Made by a program: the position numbers and the translations under genes. This document shows, one piece after another, positions 1 to 12,609 of a DNA stretch of 64,000 bases. Source of the stretch: Penicillus capitatus (Eukaryota; Plantae; Chlorophyta); assembly GCA_965649825.1 (NCBI GenBank), contig OZ287695.1, forward strand, positions 186,001 through 250,000, written 5' to 3'. Every line of letters starts with the position of its first letter. Position 1 is the first letter of the stretch. Under the pieces are notes generated by a model. That model searched no databases. It was not told the origin of the DNA and saw only the letters and a program-made list of their open reading frames with translations.

Positions 1-2426
1 ACTTGGAGGCACCAGCGTTGACGAGAGTCTAGATTTCGCAGTCAATCATCACAAAAGACCCATGCCTGATTACCTGTGCTATTTCTAAATGGCCGATGGA
101 CGACGCTAAGTGCAGAGGAGTATAACCATCAATGGTTTTGGCTGACACATCTGCCCGATGCTCAAGAAGTGTCTGTGGAGCACAACTGCAGCTAACTCGG
201 GACAATGGCATTATGATTCACCTTTACTAAATCCAAGTGTTCATAACGGGATGCGTGGTGCAGGGGAGTCCATCCACGATCATTCGCGGCATTGACTTTT
301 GCGCCATTGCGGAGCAAAACCTTCAGACAGAACCCTTTAGTCAGGACATCTGCATAGTCAAGAGAACCTTTGCAGCATCAAGGCGTCCTTTATTTGCTGC
401 TTCATGCAAGGGAGTCCAACCAATGTTGTCAACCGCATTCACGTTGGCTCGGTGGTTTTCACACAGAAGCTGTGCGAAGAACACACGTTGATAGGCGACT
501 TAGAAACAAAGGAATCACGAACAGGTTACCTTCACAATGTCAGCATGGTCGAATCTAGAAGCAAAGAAGACAGGTGTCCGTCTATCGACATCCACTGCTT
601 CCACCCCTGCTCCATTTGCAATGAGAACCTGATGTGTCTCATCGCATAAGAGTGCTACTGGGACAACTTAATTCCTCACTTCTGCAACTTGATGGTGGCC
701 GAAACCAGCTGCTTTGTGCAAGGACGTCGCTCGAATTGAATCTACTGAATTTACGTTGGCATTCGATTCCAACAGAAACTAAACCACAAGGCATTAAGAT
801 GGCAATGTACTCTTGCTGGTTTGGTGGAAAAGCTTGTTAGCAGCATACCCTGGTAACGTGGATTGATCCTTCTACTGCTGCCACGATCAACGGCGTCGAC
901 TGAACGGCGTTTCTGCTATCAACTTTTGCTCCGTGTCGGACGAGAACCTTCACATCAGCATCTGACAGTTTAGAGATCATAACCATGCAAAAATTCCGAA
1001 GGCTCATACATCAGCGCAATCTAACGCATCGTATCCGGCTGCCCAATGGAGAAGAGTCGAGTCCCTGCTTAGTGGATATCCTGACAGATTTGGGTCGTGG
1101 TAGACGGATTCGACATTGAGGCCCTCTAGTAGAACAGCTTCTAGAGTCACGTCGTCGTTATCTCGCAGACAACGAATTGCTTCCTAAAAGCAGATCTTAG
1201 AAATCATTACCGGCCACTAAAGATTTACGCTCAGGAGCTGCTGGTCTGTGAATTGCTTCATACGTTCACGCTCTTGTGCTAGGCGATCCCGTCGATTTTC
1301 ATTCTGCCATCACCATAAAGTAGTGGATAATGAGATGGCGAGAGATGTCATCGGGAACCTTAATAATCTTCGAAATCGTGTCCCAATGATGTCCGACGCT
1401 AGCGTAGACACTTGGATCTTGTAATCTGCACTGTTTTCCAAACGAAGTGATGCCGACGACCAGATCCAGTTCTGGCTTCCCTGCATTGATGTCACCGTTC
1501 GGCGCATTAGGAATCAACAAAGGACCACCAGAATCGCCTATTTGACACATCATTCGTGAATTCAACAGAAGGAAAGTGCATTCACGAGGAATACCGAAGC
1601 ACGTGCTCTGGGACTGATTCGGGGAATTGGCACAGATCATGTGTTTTTTTGGATGGAAGTCCAATGCTTTTGCACACGTATTGATCGGGGCGGAGACTAA
1701 GTTGTTCGCCATCTGCAGATAACGTGGTGCTTCTTTGTCTGTCGGTTTCTGCACCCCCCATCCAACAGCTGTGAACTTTTGACCCGCTCCAAAAGGGGAG
1801 ACTTGTCGAGCGAATGAAGGCAATGGGACGTCGACTTCTCCGTCAAGTTCGAGGACGGCGATATCGTTGCCATTGCGACTATTTCCCGTCCAGGAGCGGT
1901 GTGGATGTTTCTTTGCAGTTTTGAATCTCTATTCACCAAACGCGTTGCATTTCAGTCATTTCGCGACATGTGCACTCACTCGAACCAAATGGAGTCTTTG
2001 TCGGTCATTAGCGTTGCAGTGGACCTCGGGGCTTTGGTCAACCAGCTGTGAACCGTTGCAGGTAAGACAGTGTGCCGCTGTGATCAACCATCTGCGGCGA
2101 ATCACCACACCAGTGCACTCGCACACCTTATTATCCACTGTCTCCGAAGTTAATAGACAGACATAAGGAAACCGGCTCCTCGGCACATTCACTCCCTGTC
2201 CGATATAAACAATGTGACTCACGGGCGTCACGTGCCTAACATGGGCTGCCGTTACCCCTCTGATTATCGGATGGCCTTCGTTGGAAATAGAATCCGTTCC
2301 CGTCCCTGCGAAAAATGACTGTCGCCGACGAGGACGGTTCATATGGTAAAGACCTGTGTCGCCGAGAGTCGCAACCCATCCGATGGCGAAGAGAACAAGC
2401 ACAGTTTTCGCGAAAGCGTCACCCAT
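1..2426 (-). CDS. Secreted trypsin-like (S1) serine protease fused to an ankyrin-repeat array (T1); 3' end runs off the window
   Basis: The signal peptide is [22 protein letters not shown], and the spliced protein has TAAHC, DIAVL and GDSGGP. A phase-0 linker exon ([10 protein letters not shown]...LLS) leads to a 174-nt N-cap exon (1183-1010), six ankyrin exons and the start of a terminal exon TLVNAGASK (28-1). All introns are GT-AG and in frame. Confidence 0.9.
74..947 (-). repeat. Six single-repeat ankyrin exons of T1
   Basis: Exons are 947-849, 778-680, 628-530, 469-368 (102 nt), 320-222 and 172-74; the other five are 99 nt. All are phase 0, e.g. [33 protein letters not shown]. Confidence 0.92.
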
Positions 2427-2889
2427 TTAGAGAAGACGCCTGCTTGGTCGACGCAACACGGAAGAGCCGAAAGGATAACTTCAACAGTCGTATGTATGAG
2501 AAGCATGTTCGTTCAAACTTGGATGGATTATATAGTGATGCGGTTGACGAGCGCTAAAGTACCACCACCCGATATTGAGGTGACGCGCGCAACCACTGTC
2601 CTACTCGTCCAAAAAAGAACGCCGCCGGCCTATCATTTTCGCCACGGATATCTCCATCCACGAACGACACCCATCATCGCTCGACTGAGCGTAACGGTAA
2701 ACCCACAGCCACTGCTCTCCTAACCACTCCTGGAAGAAACATAACCTCTTAACACTATGTATAGCGCTCATCCACTTCTCAGCCCGTAAGTTCATGTTCA
2801 AAGTCAACGAGATTCCGTCCGCACACGCTCGAGTCGCTGCAAATGGGCGGCTGGCTTTACAATAAAGGTATGGGTACACAAAAGCCGTC

Positions 2890-5288
2890 TCATCTTCTGT
2901 ATCGCTGCCTCTTGAAATTGAAGTAGAGATGTAGAATGCCACGTTCGAACGTGCATTTAAAGCCCTTCTTGTGCGAATACTCCCATTCCTTATTCACAAT
3001 CCTGAACGCCAAATCTTCATACGGAGGCCCTGCCTTGAATTTCAGCCAGCACGTTGCGCTGTCCTTAGCATCTGGATCATTCTCAATCTCGTAATACGGC
3101 GGCGTCTTCTTATCAATCAAATCTGGATAGAAGATATTAAACTTGTACCCCTGAACCACCTTGGGCGGCGGATTGTCGTGATCGTAATGCGTCTGATTAT
3201 ATTTGTTCCACTCATATCCCGTATGCACTCTACAAAGGCGGATCATGAGTATAGGATCAATTGTATCATATGTAGCGACTGGACCTGTTGAAGTATTTTG
3301 GTTTTCTCGGCCGGTACTTCTCGTGCCACCAGTAAACGTGACTCTCGAGCTCCACTTCGCCTCCAAAAGGCAGATACCCTTCGTCTGACCCCATATAAGA
3401 GATGGCAGCGGATTTCAGTCGATGAAACGTCGCCTCATCTGAGTACCAAACCTCTCCCCTTTCAATTTTGTAAGCGCAAAAGTCATTGCTGACCTGGATC
3501 TGTCGCCAACGGTGCCTCTGTAACCATCGAACAACTGGCCGCCGGCATCTGCACACAAACCACACGTGCATTGTATGACAACGACAATAAGGAGCTTCAC
3601 TTCTTTAGCGCGTTTCTTGAATGTTTCTGAGTACTGCAGCTGAACCTGAGTCAGGACAGAAGGCAACGGATTTCCAGATCACGTGACAGAAAGATCGAGT
3701 ATTACTTGGCGTCGGAGAAGGGCTATCTGGTCGTTGTCTTCCTCTTCTGCCACCACGTCTTTTCCATCGAAGGACGCGCACGGTTCCGGCGAAGGGCATT
3801 CTTCGTGGATCTCCGTTCCTCCGCTCTCGTTGTCCGACGAGGCGCATTCGGCAACCTCTTCTACATTTCTCTTGGCATCTATGTCTTCTTGCGTGTCGCA
3901 CAGAGGCGCCACATCGTCCAAGGTCGTCTTCTGTAATGTACTCTGGATGCTGCGAATCTTCGTCTTCAGCTTCTCAAGCTTCAAATTCTCCAGGACTCTC
4001 GTCCAGTAGTCTGGGTCGATGCTGTCAGAGGTTAGTAAATCGCCGATCTCGGCCTCCAACTGCACGAGTTCTGACAGTGACTTGCCTGGACGGCGGTGAG
4101 AACAATGCAAACGCGAATAGAGTGTGTCGGCGTTCTACCTGTCAGCATGTTCTGGATTTCGTCCTCGACGTAAAACTGCCGCTCTCTGGTGAAGCCAGAA
4201 GGAAGCTGGAGGCCATCCTGCTCCTCTTTCGTCTCCTGTTTCTTGGCAAGATTCAATTCATACTCGCAGATCGACTCCATACAGGACCAATACTCCACGT
4301 GCGACGCATCCTGGCAGTCCAGGGACTGCAGACGCAATCAACGACCGTTTATACCAATGATAAGTGGCAGACAGTTTGAGCAGTACTTTAAATTCTTGGA
4401 TTTCTGTCATGAGAGCATTCAGCTCATCCACATTCATCTTCTGCAGAATCTTGTATGCCGGTTCCATCTGTCCCCAGCACAGTTCCGGCAACAACGCACG
4501 CACCAACGCATCGATAGGTCGCATCCTGTCCGATTCGATACGGATACGGGAACTGGCCAATGCCTAGATCAACCGTCCATTGTGCACGAGAACGCAGGGG
4601 CAGGTGGACGCACTTGCTGAAGGAGGAAGTCTTCTTCCTTCTCGATGGCACTGGCCGCTTCGGCAGCCAACCGTGCACGTTCAATCATACTCTGTACACA
4701 TAGCCGATCGTCAGAATGGCGGCTGTGTGCACCGATGGATCCTTGCCAGCTCCTCTTGCTGCCGGGCGCGTTCCGTTTCGCGTTCCTCTCGACTCCTCTT
4801 TGCTTTCTCGATCTCGTCCTGCCTCACATCCACTGTCAAAAGCGAAGCGCTGCCGAAGGGGCACCAGTCGTTGATGTTGACGTTCGCGTTCTGCTCTGGC
4901 GTCCAAGTCCTTGACCGAGACACCACTCGCGAGCTGCTTTTCGATCTTCTTATTCCAGATGAAGCTGAAAGACAAGCATATGCCGCTTCCGAAGCAGCAG
5001 ACAGCGTAAGAGAGCACCGTTCGTGGAGGTTCGGATCCTGAAAGCGATTGTCTGCCACTCCGTATCCCTCTGTCGCCACGTGATGCTTCTTCAGGTGCTT
5101 CACGACCTTCTTACTCTGAGCACAGCACCGAATGCCAGGTGAATGCTTCAGACGGCGACGCTCACGAGCTTCTCAACTCTCCTTTTGCGTAAGGACGCGT
5201 CATCTCTGTCCTCAGACTCCGCCGAAGGGCTGCGCCTTCGATGACGATGCGAACGGTGACGACGCGAACTCGATTCGCTCTTTGGCAT
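2890..5288 (-). CDS. CACTIN: Cactin (spliceosome-associated), multi-exon
   Basis: The C-terminal cactin domain reads GYEWNKYNQTHYDHDNPPPKVVQGYKFNIFYPDLIDK...GPPYEDLAFRIVNKEWEYSHKKGFKCTFERGILHLYFNFKRQRYRR. The N-terminus has RS-rich and FIWNKKIEK segments. The start at 5288 (MPKSESSSRRH) is inferred. Confidence 0.93.
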
Positions 5289-6591
5289 TTCGTACATCAA
5301 TGATGACGCACATCGCATACATTAAGGGACGGAGCCACATCCGAAGAAACAGACGGCCTTAATCGACGAGGATTAAAAAACACCAACAAAGCAAAAGCGA
5401 TTCGAATCCACAAAAGAATAACAAAGCAGCGACTCTGTTCGCGCTTTATAGACAGCCTGTTTTCGATAGATGCGACATATGTGACTCTCAATCACGCTGT
5501 CGTATCAACAGCTCCACCAGCCTCGTCTAAAAACCCCGTTGTCGCCAAATTATCGTTCGACGTGTCGTAGCTGTCACTGTACAGACAATAGACGCAATTG
5601 CACTCGTCCAACAAAAGAGACATGACAGCTCGTGCGTACGTACGTGCGTTTGATCCGACGTCATGTCATTTATACGTGTACGTATGCTTCCTTCACGGCG
5701 TCACTCAAATCGACGTGTTAAGTTCTCCACGGGTTCGTCTTCTAGCCTTCGCCAGACGCCATTGTCGACCGAATCGTTGCGCCATATGTGAGAGGCATTT
5801 AGAGGAACGTCGAGGCACTGGGTAACTAATTGTTACCATACTGCGTCGCGGAGAGCACCGGTCGCCAGTCACATATCATATCAGGTAATAATAGACACTC
5901 GCACTCCTTTCTCCTCGTCGAGGCAGAGCGACCAACGAGCAAACGATCGGGACATGTAAAGTTCCATAGCCGCCGAGAAACAGCAAATTCCGCGCGAAAA
6001 GATCCAGCTCTTCTGGCACGAGAAAGGAAATCACCGAGCGCTACGACTCGAAGACGCTGCTCGACACAAATCTCCACGCGGGCTTCTCCTTACGAGGCTA
6101 CGACTCGGTGCGGAGCTTCAGCCCCCTGTTCATAAACATCCACGAACCCTCTTCTGTTCATATCCTAGACGGAGGAGCCAGAGGACTGGCCGGCGGTTCA
6201 GTCGACGTCTAACGGTCGTGCAGCAGTTATTGCCCAGGACTGAAAACGGTTACACTGCGAGTTTTCCTGGCGCAACTTCCCGCGGCAAATGGATTCGCTT
6301 TTGCCGATCGCATGAAGTTCGACGGAACCTGAACCGTCCTATCCATCTGAATTCCTCCAAACTTACCAATACGGTTCGCCGGCTCGGGTATTTAAGCGGC
6401 TTCGTCCATCCTCTTCTTCATCCTCGTGCTTTGACCAATCCCGTGTGGCCACCACTCGGCACAACGTCGCACCTAAGACTCGGATTCAGGTAACGCCTGT
6501 CGATGAACCACAACACGTCTGAGATGTCTTCGCCGACGTCCCTCTCATCTTGGCCGCTCCGTTGCTGACCGTTGTGGTTTGCCACAGAGGC

Positions 6592-8024
6592 ATGACTTTC
6601 GTTGGCGTTTCTCCTCGTATCATCTGTCTGCTCTGTCTGGCTACCCTTGGCCTCGCCTTGGGTCAGACATGCAACCCTGAAGAAAACCCAACCTGTACAC
6701 AGGACGAGACCGACATCGGTGATCCATCCCATGGCCTCCGTCGCATCCCGTGTAACGCCCATGCTGTTGTCTAGGCGATGCGTACAACTCCGGGCAAGGA
6801 AGCAGGAAACTGCTCCAAGCGTCCAGGGGCACCGTCGCAGCGTCCCAGTCGCTCGTTCCCGTCCTCAACAACCGACGGTCGCTGCTCGAGGCCATGTGTT
6901 CGGAGACGGATAACAGCCCTGATGCGGTAAGGCGACGGACGCCTTGTGTGGTCTGGCCTCTAAATGTGGGACGCGTTTCAGGTTGTTCAATGCACCAATG
7001 CGGTGCGGTCCAGTCCACGTTCCTTTAACTACCCATGCGGGAGTATCAATATGAACGGCGGATTGGGACCACTGTCGATGAACGAAGACCTCATGGTAGC
7101 CGCAGAAAAGCATTCGAAAGACAATGCCAATATCGGCGACCTGACACACAAAGGCTCAGACGGTTCTTGGGCCAGCACCAGGTAACGCATCATCACCAGG
7201 CATTCCACCTGGCGGCAAAACGCGTCTGACACTGCTGTGGTGCAAACAGAGTGAAGCGTGCGGGTTATGCTGCTGGAATGGTGCGCGAGAACATTGCCTA
7301 CGGCTATATGTCCGCCAGATCCGTCGTGTTTGGTTGGATGTGCTCTTCTGGCCATCGCAAGAACATCATGAGCTGTGACACCGCCGATATCGGTGTCGGT
7401 CTTGCTCAAGGATACAACGGGCGTTACTACCACACTCAGGTCTTTGCCTGTCCCCAGGGACAGCAATGCACTTGCAGTGGCGGTGGCGGCTCAGAAGAGG
7501 AAGAAGAAGAAGAGAAACCCGTTGCCAGTCCAGTAGAGGGAGGCGGTCACCAACCGACACCCTACAAAGAACACCCTTACGATCCCTACCAGCAGGTCCC
7601 TTACCAAGAATACCCTTACGACCCCTACCAGCAGATCCCTTACAAGAAGACACACAAGAAGAAGCCACACGGTGGGGTCTACTACTACGATTACCCTCTC
7701 TACCAGGGACACGGAAGCGGACCCTCGCACTCTGGCAGCGGGCCCTCGCACTCTGGAAGCGGATCTACGCACTCCGGAGAAGAGGAAGAGGAGAAAGCCA
7801 CAGCGTCGCCGATGTTCCAAGATCCGCACATGATGTACGGTGAGGGACAAGGCGGACACGGAGGTCCAGTCGGAGATCCGTACGGCACGAAACCGGCCAA
7901 GTACAAAGGTGGTCCATACATTCACATGAGTGGTGGACACCCGATGTCTGAAGCCGGCTATTATGTCTCAATGTCTACGTTGCCGGGCCATGGCGCACCC
8001 AGTGGACATACTGAAGACGATTGA
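6592..8024 (+). CDS. Secreted CAP/SCP (PR-1/YkwD-like) domain protein with a Glu-, Tyr/Pro- and His/Gly/Ser-rich tail
   Basis: The signal peptide is MTFVGVSPRIICLLCLATLGLALG. CAP motifs are AAEKHSKD, LTHKGSDGS, ENIAYG and GWMCSSGHRKNIM. Three introns were spliced by hand. Confidence 0.85.
7560..7775 (+). repeat. In-frame tandem repeats in the CAP protein tail
   Basis: A 39-nt unit (PYKEHPYDPYQQV / PYQEYPYDPYQQI / PYKK) spans 7560-7649. A 21-nt unit (GSGPSHS x2, GSGSTHS) spans 7713-7775. Confidence 0.85.
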
Positions 8025-8477
8025 GAACAGAAGAAATAGACAGCTGTGATCCAATTCGGACAAAATTCGAGATCAGCTGAATAATCCTCTCATTCTTTGT
8101 GTATAAGCCCCTCTATCTCGATTTTGCTTTTTTCCGTCCAATTTGTCACAGAAGCAAGGATAAAGTTGCTCATGAAAGCAGTGCACTACAGAATTTGATT
8201 TTATTTTCGAAACAGACGGAAAAATTTATTGATGATGATTGACACGTCGCACACAGGGTCGATTCCACGGTGACACATATACTAGCAGCATTTTTCTTTG
8301 CAATCTCCCCGTTTGCATAACTGGAGGAATTGAATGTGTTTTGATAAACGGACAAGAGTATCGTCGCTGCTCTTGTAATAAAAGGCCTGGTCGCCATAGT
8401 GACAATAAGGATTATTATCTCATGTCAAGTGTAAGGCACGTTTGACCGCAACATCTGTCCCATCACTCTATACTGCG

Positions 8478-9526
8478 ATGCTGCGACCGCGTATCCTTGT
8501 CTCAAACGATGACGGTATCCGAGCTCCGGGTCTCCAGTCCTTAGTGCGGGAGCTCCACGCCTGTGGCCACTACGACGTTCGCGTTGGGGCGCCCGAAACC
8601 GAACGCTCTGGCTCCTCGCACGCCGTCACCTCAAGCGTCCAGGCGACGCGTTACTCAGACGGCACGGCAGTCGGTCTGCCGTCGGATATCGTCTGCTATG
8701 CAGCGAGCGGGTACCCAACCGACGCTGTCCGCCTCGCTTTTCAGTCGGGTAGATACCCTCTGCTCCATCATATGGGTGGTCCCCATGTCATCTCGCCTAG
8801 ATATCTTTGGACATGAGTGGGTGCCAGATGTGGTGGTCTCGGGGATGAACCGAGGACTCAATGCAGGCCGCGGCACGTTGATATCGGGTACCGTCGCCGC
8901 CGCACGGGAAGGAATTTTTCAGGGTGCCAAAGCGCTGGCCGTCTCGATGCATTCCTTCTCCTCTCGTATGCAAGATCCGAAGGACTACACACGTGCCGCT
9001 CGCGATCTCCTGCCGATTCTCCACTGGTTTGTCGCCGAACAGAAATGGCCATCGGGCGTCATCCTCAACGTCAACATCCCATACGAGAACAACCCAGGCA
9101 AGATCTCTCGATGGATGGGCGTCTGAGGGGTGGGCTCGAATGCAGGGGCGGTATCTGCTTGTTTGAAAGTCGTGCCACAAGGGCAGTCGATGCTACGGTA
9201 CCAATCGTCGACGTCACAGGCAGTCGTTCCGGCACAGAAGACGCAGGGCGAGACGAGGATGTATAAATTCCGTTGGCACGTGGCCGTCGATCCGCACGCC
9301 ACTCCCGAAAACGATGACCTCATTGCTGTCCTGAATAAGTAAGGGCCTGCTGTGCCACTGTGCCGTCTGCCTGTCTTCTCACTCCTTTTCCTCTAGTTGT
9401 GTGACGCTGACGCCTATTCCAGCCGTCGGTCCAGGCGATGATGTGACAGCTGCAATGAAGTTGCTGTACAGTTGGGCAGTCACACATCGGCATCCGTGTC
9501 TCCAATGGAGTCCATTGCCCAACTGA
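8478..9526 (+). CDS. surE: SurE-family 5'/3'-nucleotidase/phosphatase
   Basis: Motifs are RILVSNDDGIRAPGL, APETERSGSSHA, DVVVSGMNRGLNAG, SGTVAAARE, LNVNIP and CVTLTP. Three introns, one of them GC-AG (9098-9145). Confidence 0.9.
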
Positions 9527-9566
9527 TTTGATGTGACGGTTACATTCTTTGGTGGGCGTTGGGGGT

Positions 9567-10376
9567 TTATGAATCGAACTGCTGACGCAGTAACATTTCT
9601 TCTTCGGATTTCCATGTCGAATGCGAACTCTGCCCCTTTTCGCGTTTTGCCTTCTCCTTGTCTCGCTGCAATCGCGTCTTTCTTGGCAGCATCGCCCCGC
9701 CTCCCTTTGTCAGAAATGCATCGACTGGCATCGCTTTCGACGATTCCTTCTCCGATTTCTCCTGTCCCAAGACGCCCGTCACATCATCTCTCGCCATCGA
9801 ACAGTCCTGTACTTTGGCAGTTGGAGGAGGGAGTGTCGGATCTCTGGGCGTCTCGTATGTCAGAGCTTTGGCAGTGACGACAGTCGGGCATCTGAAACAG
9901 AGCGAAGGCATATCCGGAGCGAGGAGATAGGCTACAAAGCGTACAGCTTCTTCTCAGCTTCTTCATTGGCGGCGACGAGTTTTCGTTTGCGTGGCTTCAC
10001 GACGTGGACAGGACGAATGGCCTCCGGGTCCAAGAAAGCAGGAGGTCCCTCCACCTATTCGCGCATCGTCGCAGTAAAGGAGGACGCTCTGTCCCTATGC
10101 AGCTCTAGCTACCTCTTCGAAAGCGTCAAGGGCCGAGAGCATCGGCGGCGGTCCTTCTTTCTCGTCTGCTGTTACCGACGGTCCTTCCGCTTCGCTCTCC
10201 TCCTCAGACGACGACGCTTCCGAGCTCGAGGAAGACACGTCTCCGGCGCCCGTTGTCGTCGCATCTGTATCAGAGACGGTCGAGTTGACGGCTGATGGGG
10301 GAGTTGGCGCGGACCGAAGAAACTTGTCGTTGTGTTTTTGGTCGTCATTTCGCCAAGACAAACGCAGTCCTGTCAT
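9567..10376 (-). CDS. Uncharacterised protein resembling the plant C1orf52/DUF4660-like family
   Basis: An acidic Ser/Glu run is followed by LSALDAFEEVEGPPAFL and the C-terminus KREKGQSSHSTWKSEEEMLLRQQFDS. The family is recalled from motif memory and the start codon is uncertain. Confidence 0.55.
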
Positions 10377-10383
10377 CCAAACC

Positions 10384-11662
10384 ATGCTTCGTGGCGTGCA
10401 GAATGGCAACGCGCGACTGGGACACCGGCTCCTGTCTCTTCGCTGTGCTCGCAGCCCTTCACGTCACCTCCAGACTCGACCATCCGCTCCTCTCCTCCCA
10501 CTTATGCACAAATCGCCCATAACCGGATCCCGCTTCGAGGCAAAGTACACGCACACTCTCTAGATACGCCGCCAGCAGTTACAGAAATGCGAGCTGCGGA
10601 CAGGCGGCGGCCGTTTTTCGTCAGGGCCCAGGATCAAGACTTACAAACGAAGCAAGATGAGAAGAATGCTGATGCGGGTAAACCCGAAAAGGACTCGCCG
10701 GACACAGAGAAGGCACTTCGCATTCCCTACTCGACGTGGTCATTTGGCGGACTGCTGGCATGGGCGGCCTTTGTTGGTAGGGATGTCTCTCCCCACGCCC
10801 AGCAAATGTCACTGTTCTCTTAGCTTACTCGTTAACGCTGTCTCCCAATCAGACCCCATCGCGGGATCTCTATTTCTTGGACAAAATGCTCAACACGGCG
10901 CCGGCAGATGGATTTCATATCAACACGGTGTTCTCTTCCATCTTTCTCCTCTTTGGTCTCATACCGGCGATCTACGCTGCTCTCATCATCCCATCGGGCA
11001 GGAGCAAGAACAAGGTTGGTTTGGGCAAAGGGGATCCTCCTTTGGCATCCGTCTGTTTAGATTCCGGCGTGGCCGTTTCTGATCGGCATGGTGGTTCTGG
11101 GAAACTTGGCCTTCTTACCTTACGCCGCTCTCTGGCAACCCGATCCATCCGTCAAGGCGCCGCCCACGAGACAAGACCTCGTTTGAGTGCCCACATCCCA
11201 AATCTCCTTTTCTGAGACAGACTGGACAGGAAGGATGGACGCGTGCCGGGCTACGGTTGACGGAATCGGCCCTCTTGCCGTTTGTGCTTCTGGCTGTTAC
11301 CACATGGTATGTACTGAAGATGGTGACCTGTGGTGGGGAGGAATGGAGTGCTTTCGTTCAGTACTTTAACGAAAGTCGTCTCGTGCACAACTCCACCGTC
11401 GACTTCATCTCTCTGACAGTTCTCCTGCCTTTCTGGATGAGCAACGACGCCAATGTCCGGCAATGGCCTGCCAAGTACCCACCCCTTCATCGCATCCATC
11501 ACCCACTCACACCACTTGCACCCAGAGACCAACTCCTGACCATCCTCTCCTGTCTTCCGTTAGTCGGGCCATGTACGCGCCATCCGTCATCGAAGTGGCA
11601 TTCTTGAATTGATGGTGTGTCTAGTGGTGTATCTGATCTTGAGACCGAAAGCGGGGAGATGA
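10384..11662 (+). CDS. Plastid-targeted multi-pass membrane protein (conserved plant/cyanobacterial family, DUF2834-like)
   Basis: A transit-peptide-like N-terminus precedes hydrophobic segments FSSIFLLFGLIPAIYAALIIPSGRS, YFNESRLVHNSTVDF, FWMSNDANVR and a final spliced GPLVYLILRP. Confidence 0.7.
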
Positions 11663-11727
11663 CATCGGACATAAGGAGGGATTCTTTGAACAGGAGGTCG
11701 TCTGTCTTGCAGCCAAACAACGAGACA

Positions 11728-12357
11728 TCAGTTCTCTTTGAGTGTTGGACTGGACACCATTTTTGAGAACTTCTTTCGAAATTCTGGACTCACTAACAAA
11801 CCAGGCCACAGTACCGAAAGCTTCAGTCGCTGATCCTCCCGAAAGGACGACTGTCCAAACGCCCTAAACAGACGCCACACGTCACATCATCTCACTCTTT
11901 CTCACTCTTTATCATACTGATTGAATCGGAACGTCAAGATGGAGTAGATCGCACCGAACAGCAACAACAGCACTGTCCACCATCCACTGCCTCCGTACGG
12001 CACAAGACTACTGCTGGCAACATTCGGCTGCGTCCAGGGATCGCCACCAATCGTCACACTTTCATAGTAATAGTATGAGCTGCCTTTTCGCCCTTCCATC
12101 TTCTCCATACGCATGCCGCGCGCGTCAGAGGCGCGGTCGAATTCCTGCTGAATCTCGGCCGTCAACTCATTGAACTGTTCTTCGTGATAACGCTGTAAAC
12201 GCGAGAAGGAGTCGAAGGCGCGATCCATTTCGCGCTCCATTTCGTCAAACTCCGTCCACGACGAAGCGCGAAGGGGTCGCGGACATCTCTGCCGTCGCGG
12301 TCGTGTCGCGCGTCGCGTTGTCCAGAGACGACTTCGCAAGACCACTGCATGTGCCAT
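11728..12357 (-). CDS. Uncharacterised plastid-targeted membrane protein
   Basis: The Arg-rich transit-like N-terminus is followed by a helical EMEREMDRAF segment, SYYYYESVTI and a TM segment. One intron leads to an exon ending LWPGLLVSPEFRKKF...KEN-stop. Confidence 0.65.
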
Positions 12358-12609
12358 GTCCGCTGAATAGGACCGGTGCGCGTACCGAGGTGTCGGACAC
12401 GACGTTCTCGAAGGTTCTTCGCTCCGTCCTTTTACCCGTCCCTGTCTCGAACTTCACACCAACGCTTTCATAAACAACAACGATTCATTCGTCAGGCCAG
12501 GCAGGCACACGGAGATAACCTATTGACCTACCGACCAATATCGTCGAGAATTTCTGCGAACCCGTGACCAGACCGACGGACGTTGCGTGACAAACGGCGC
12601 GTAGTAAAG

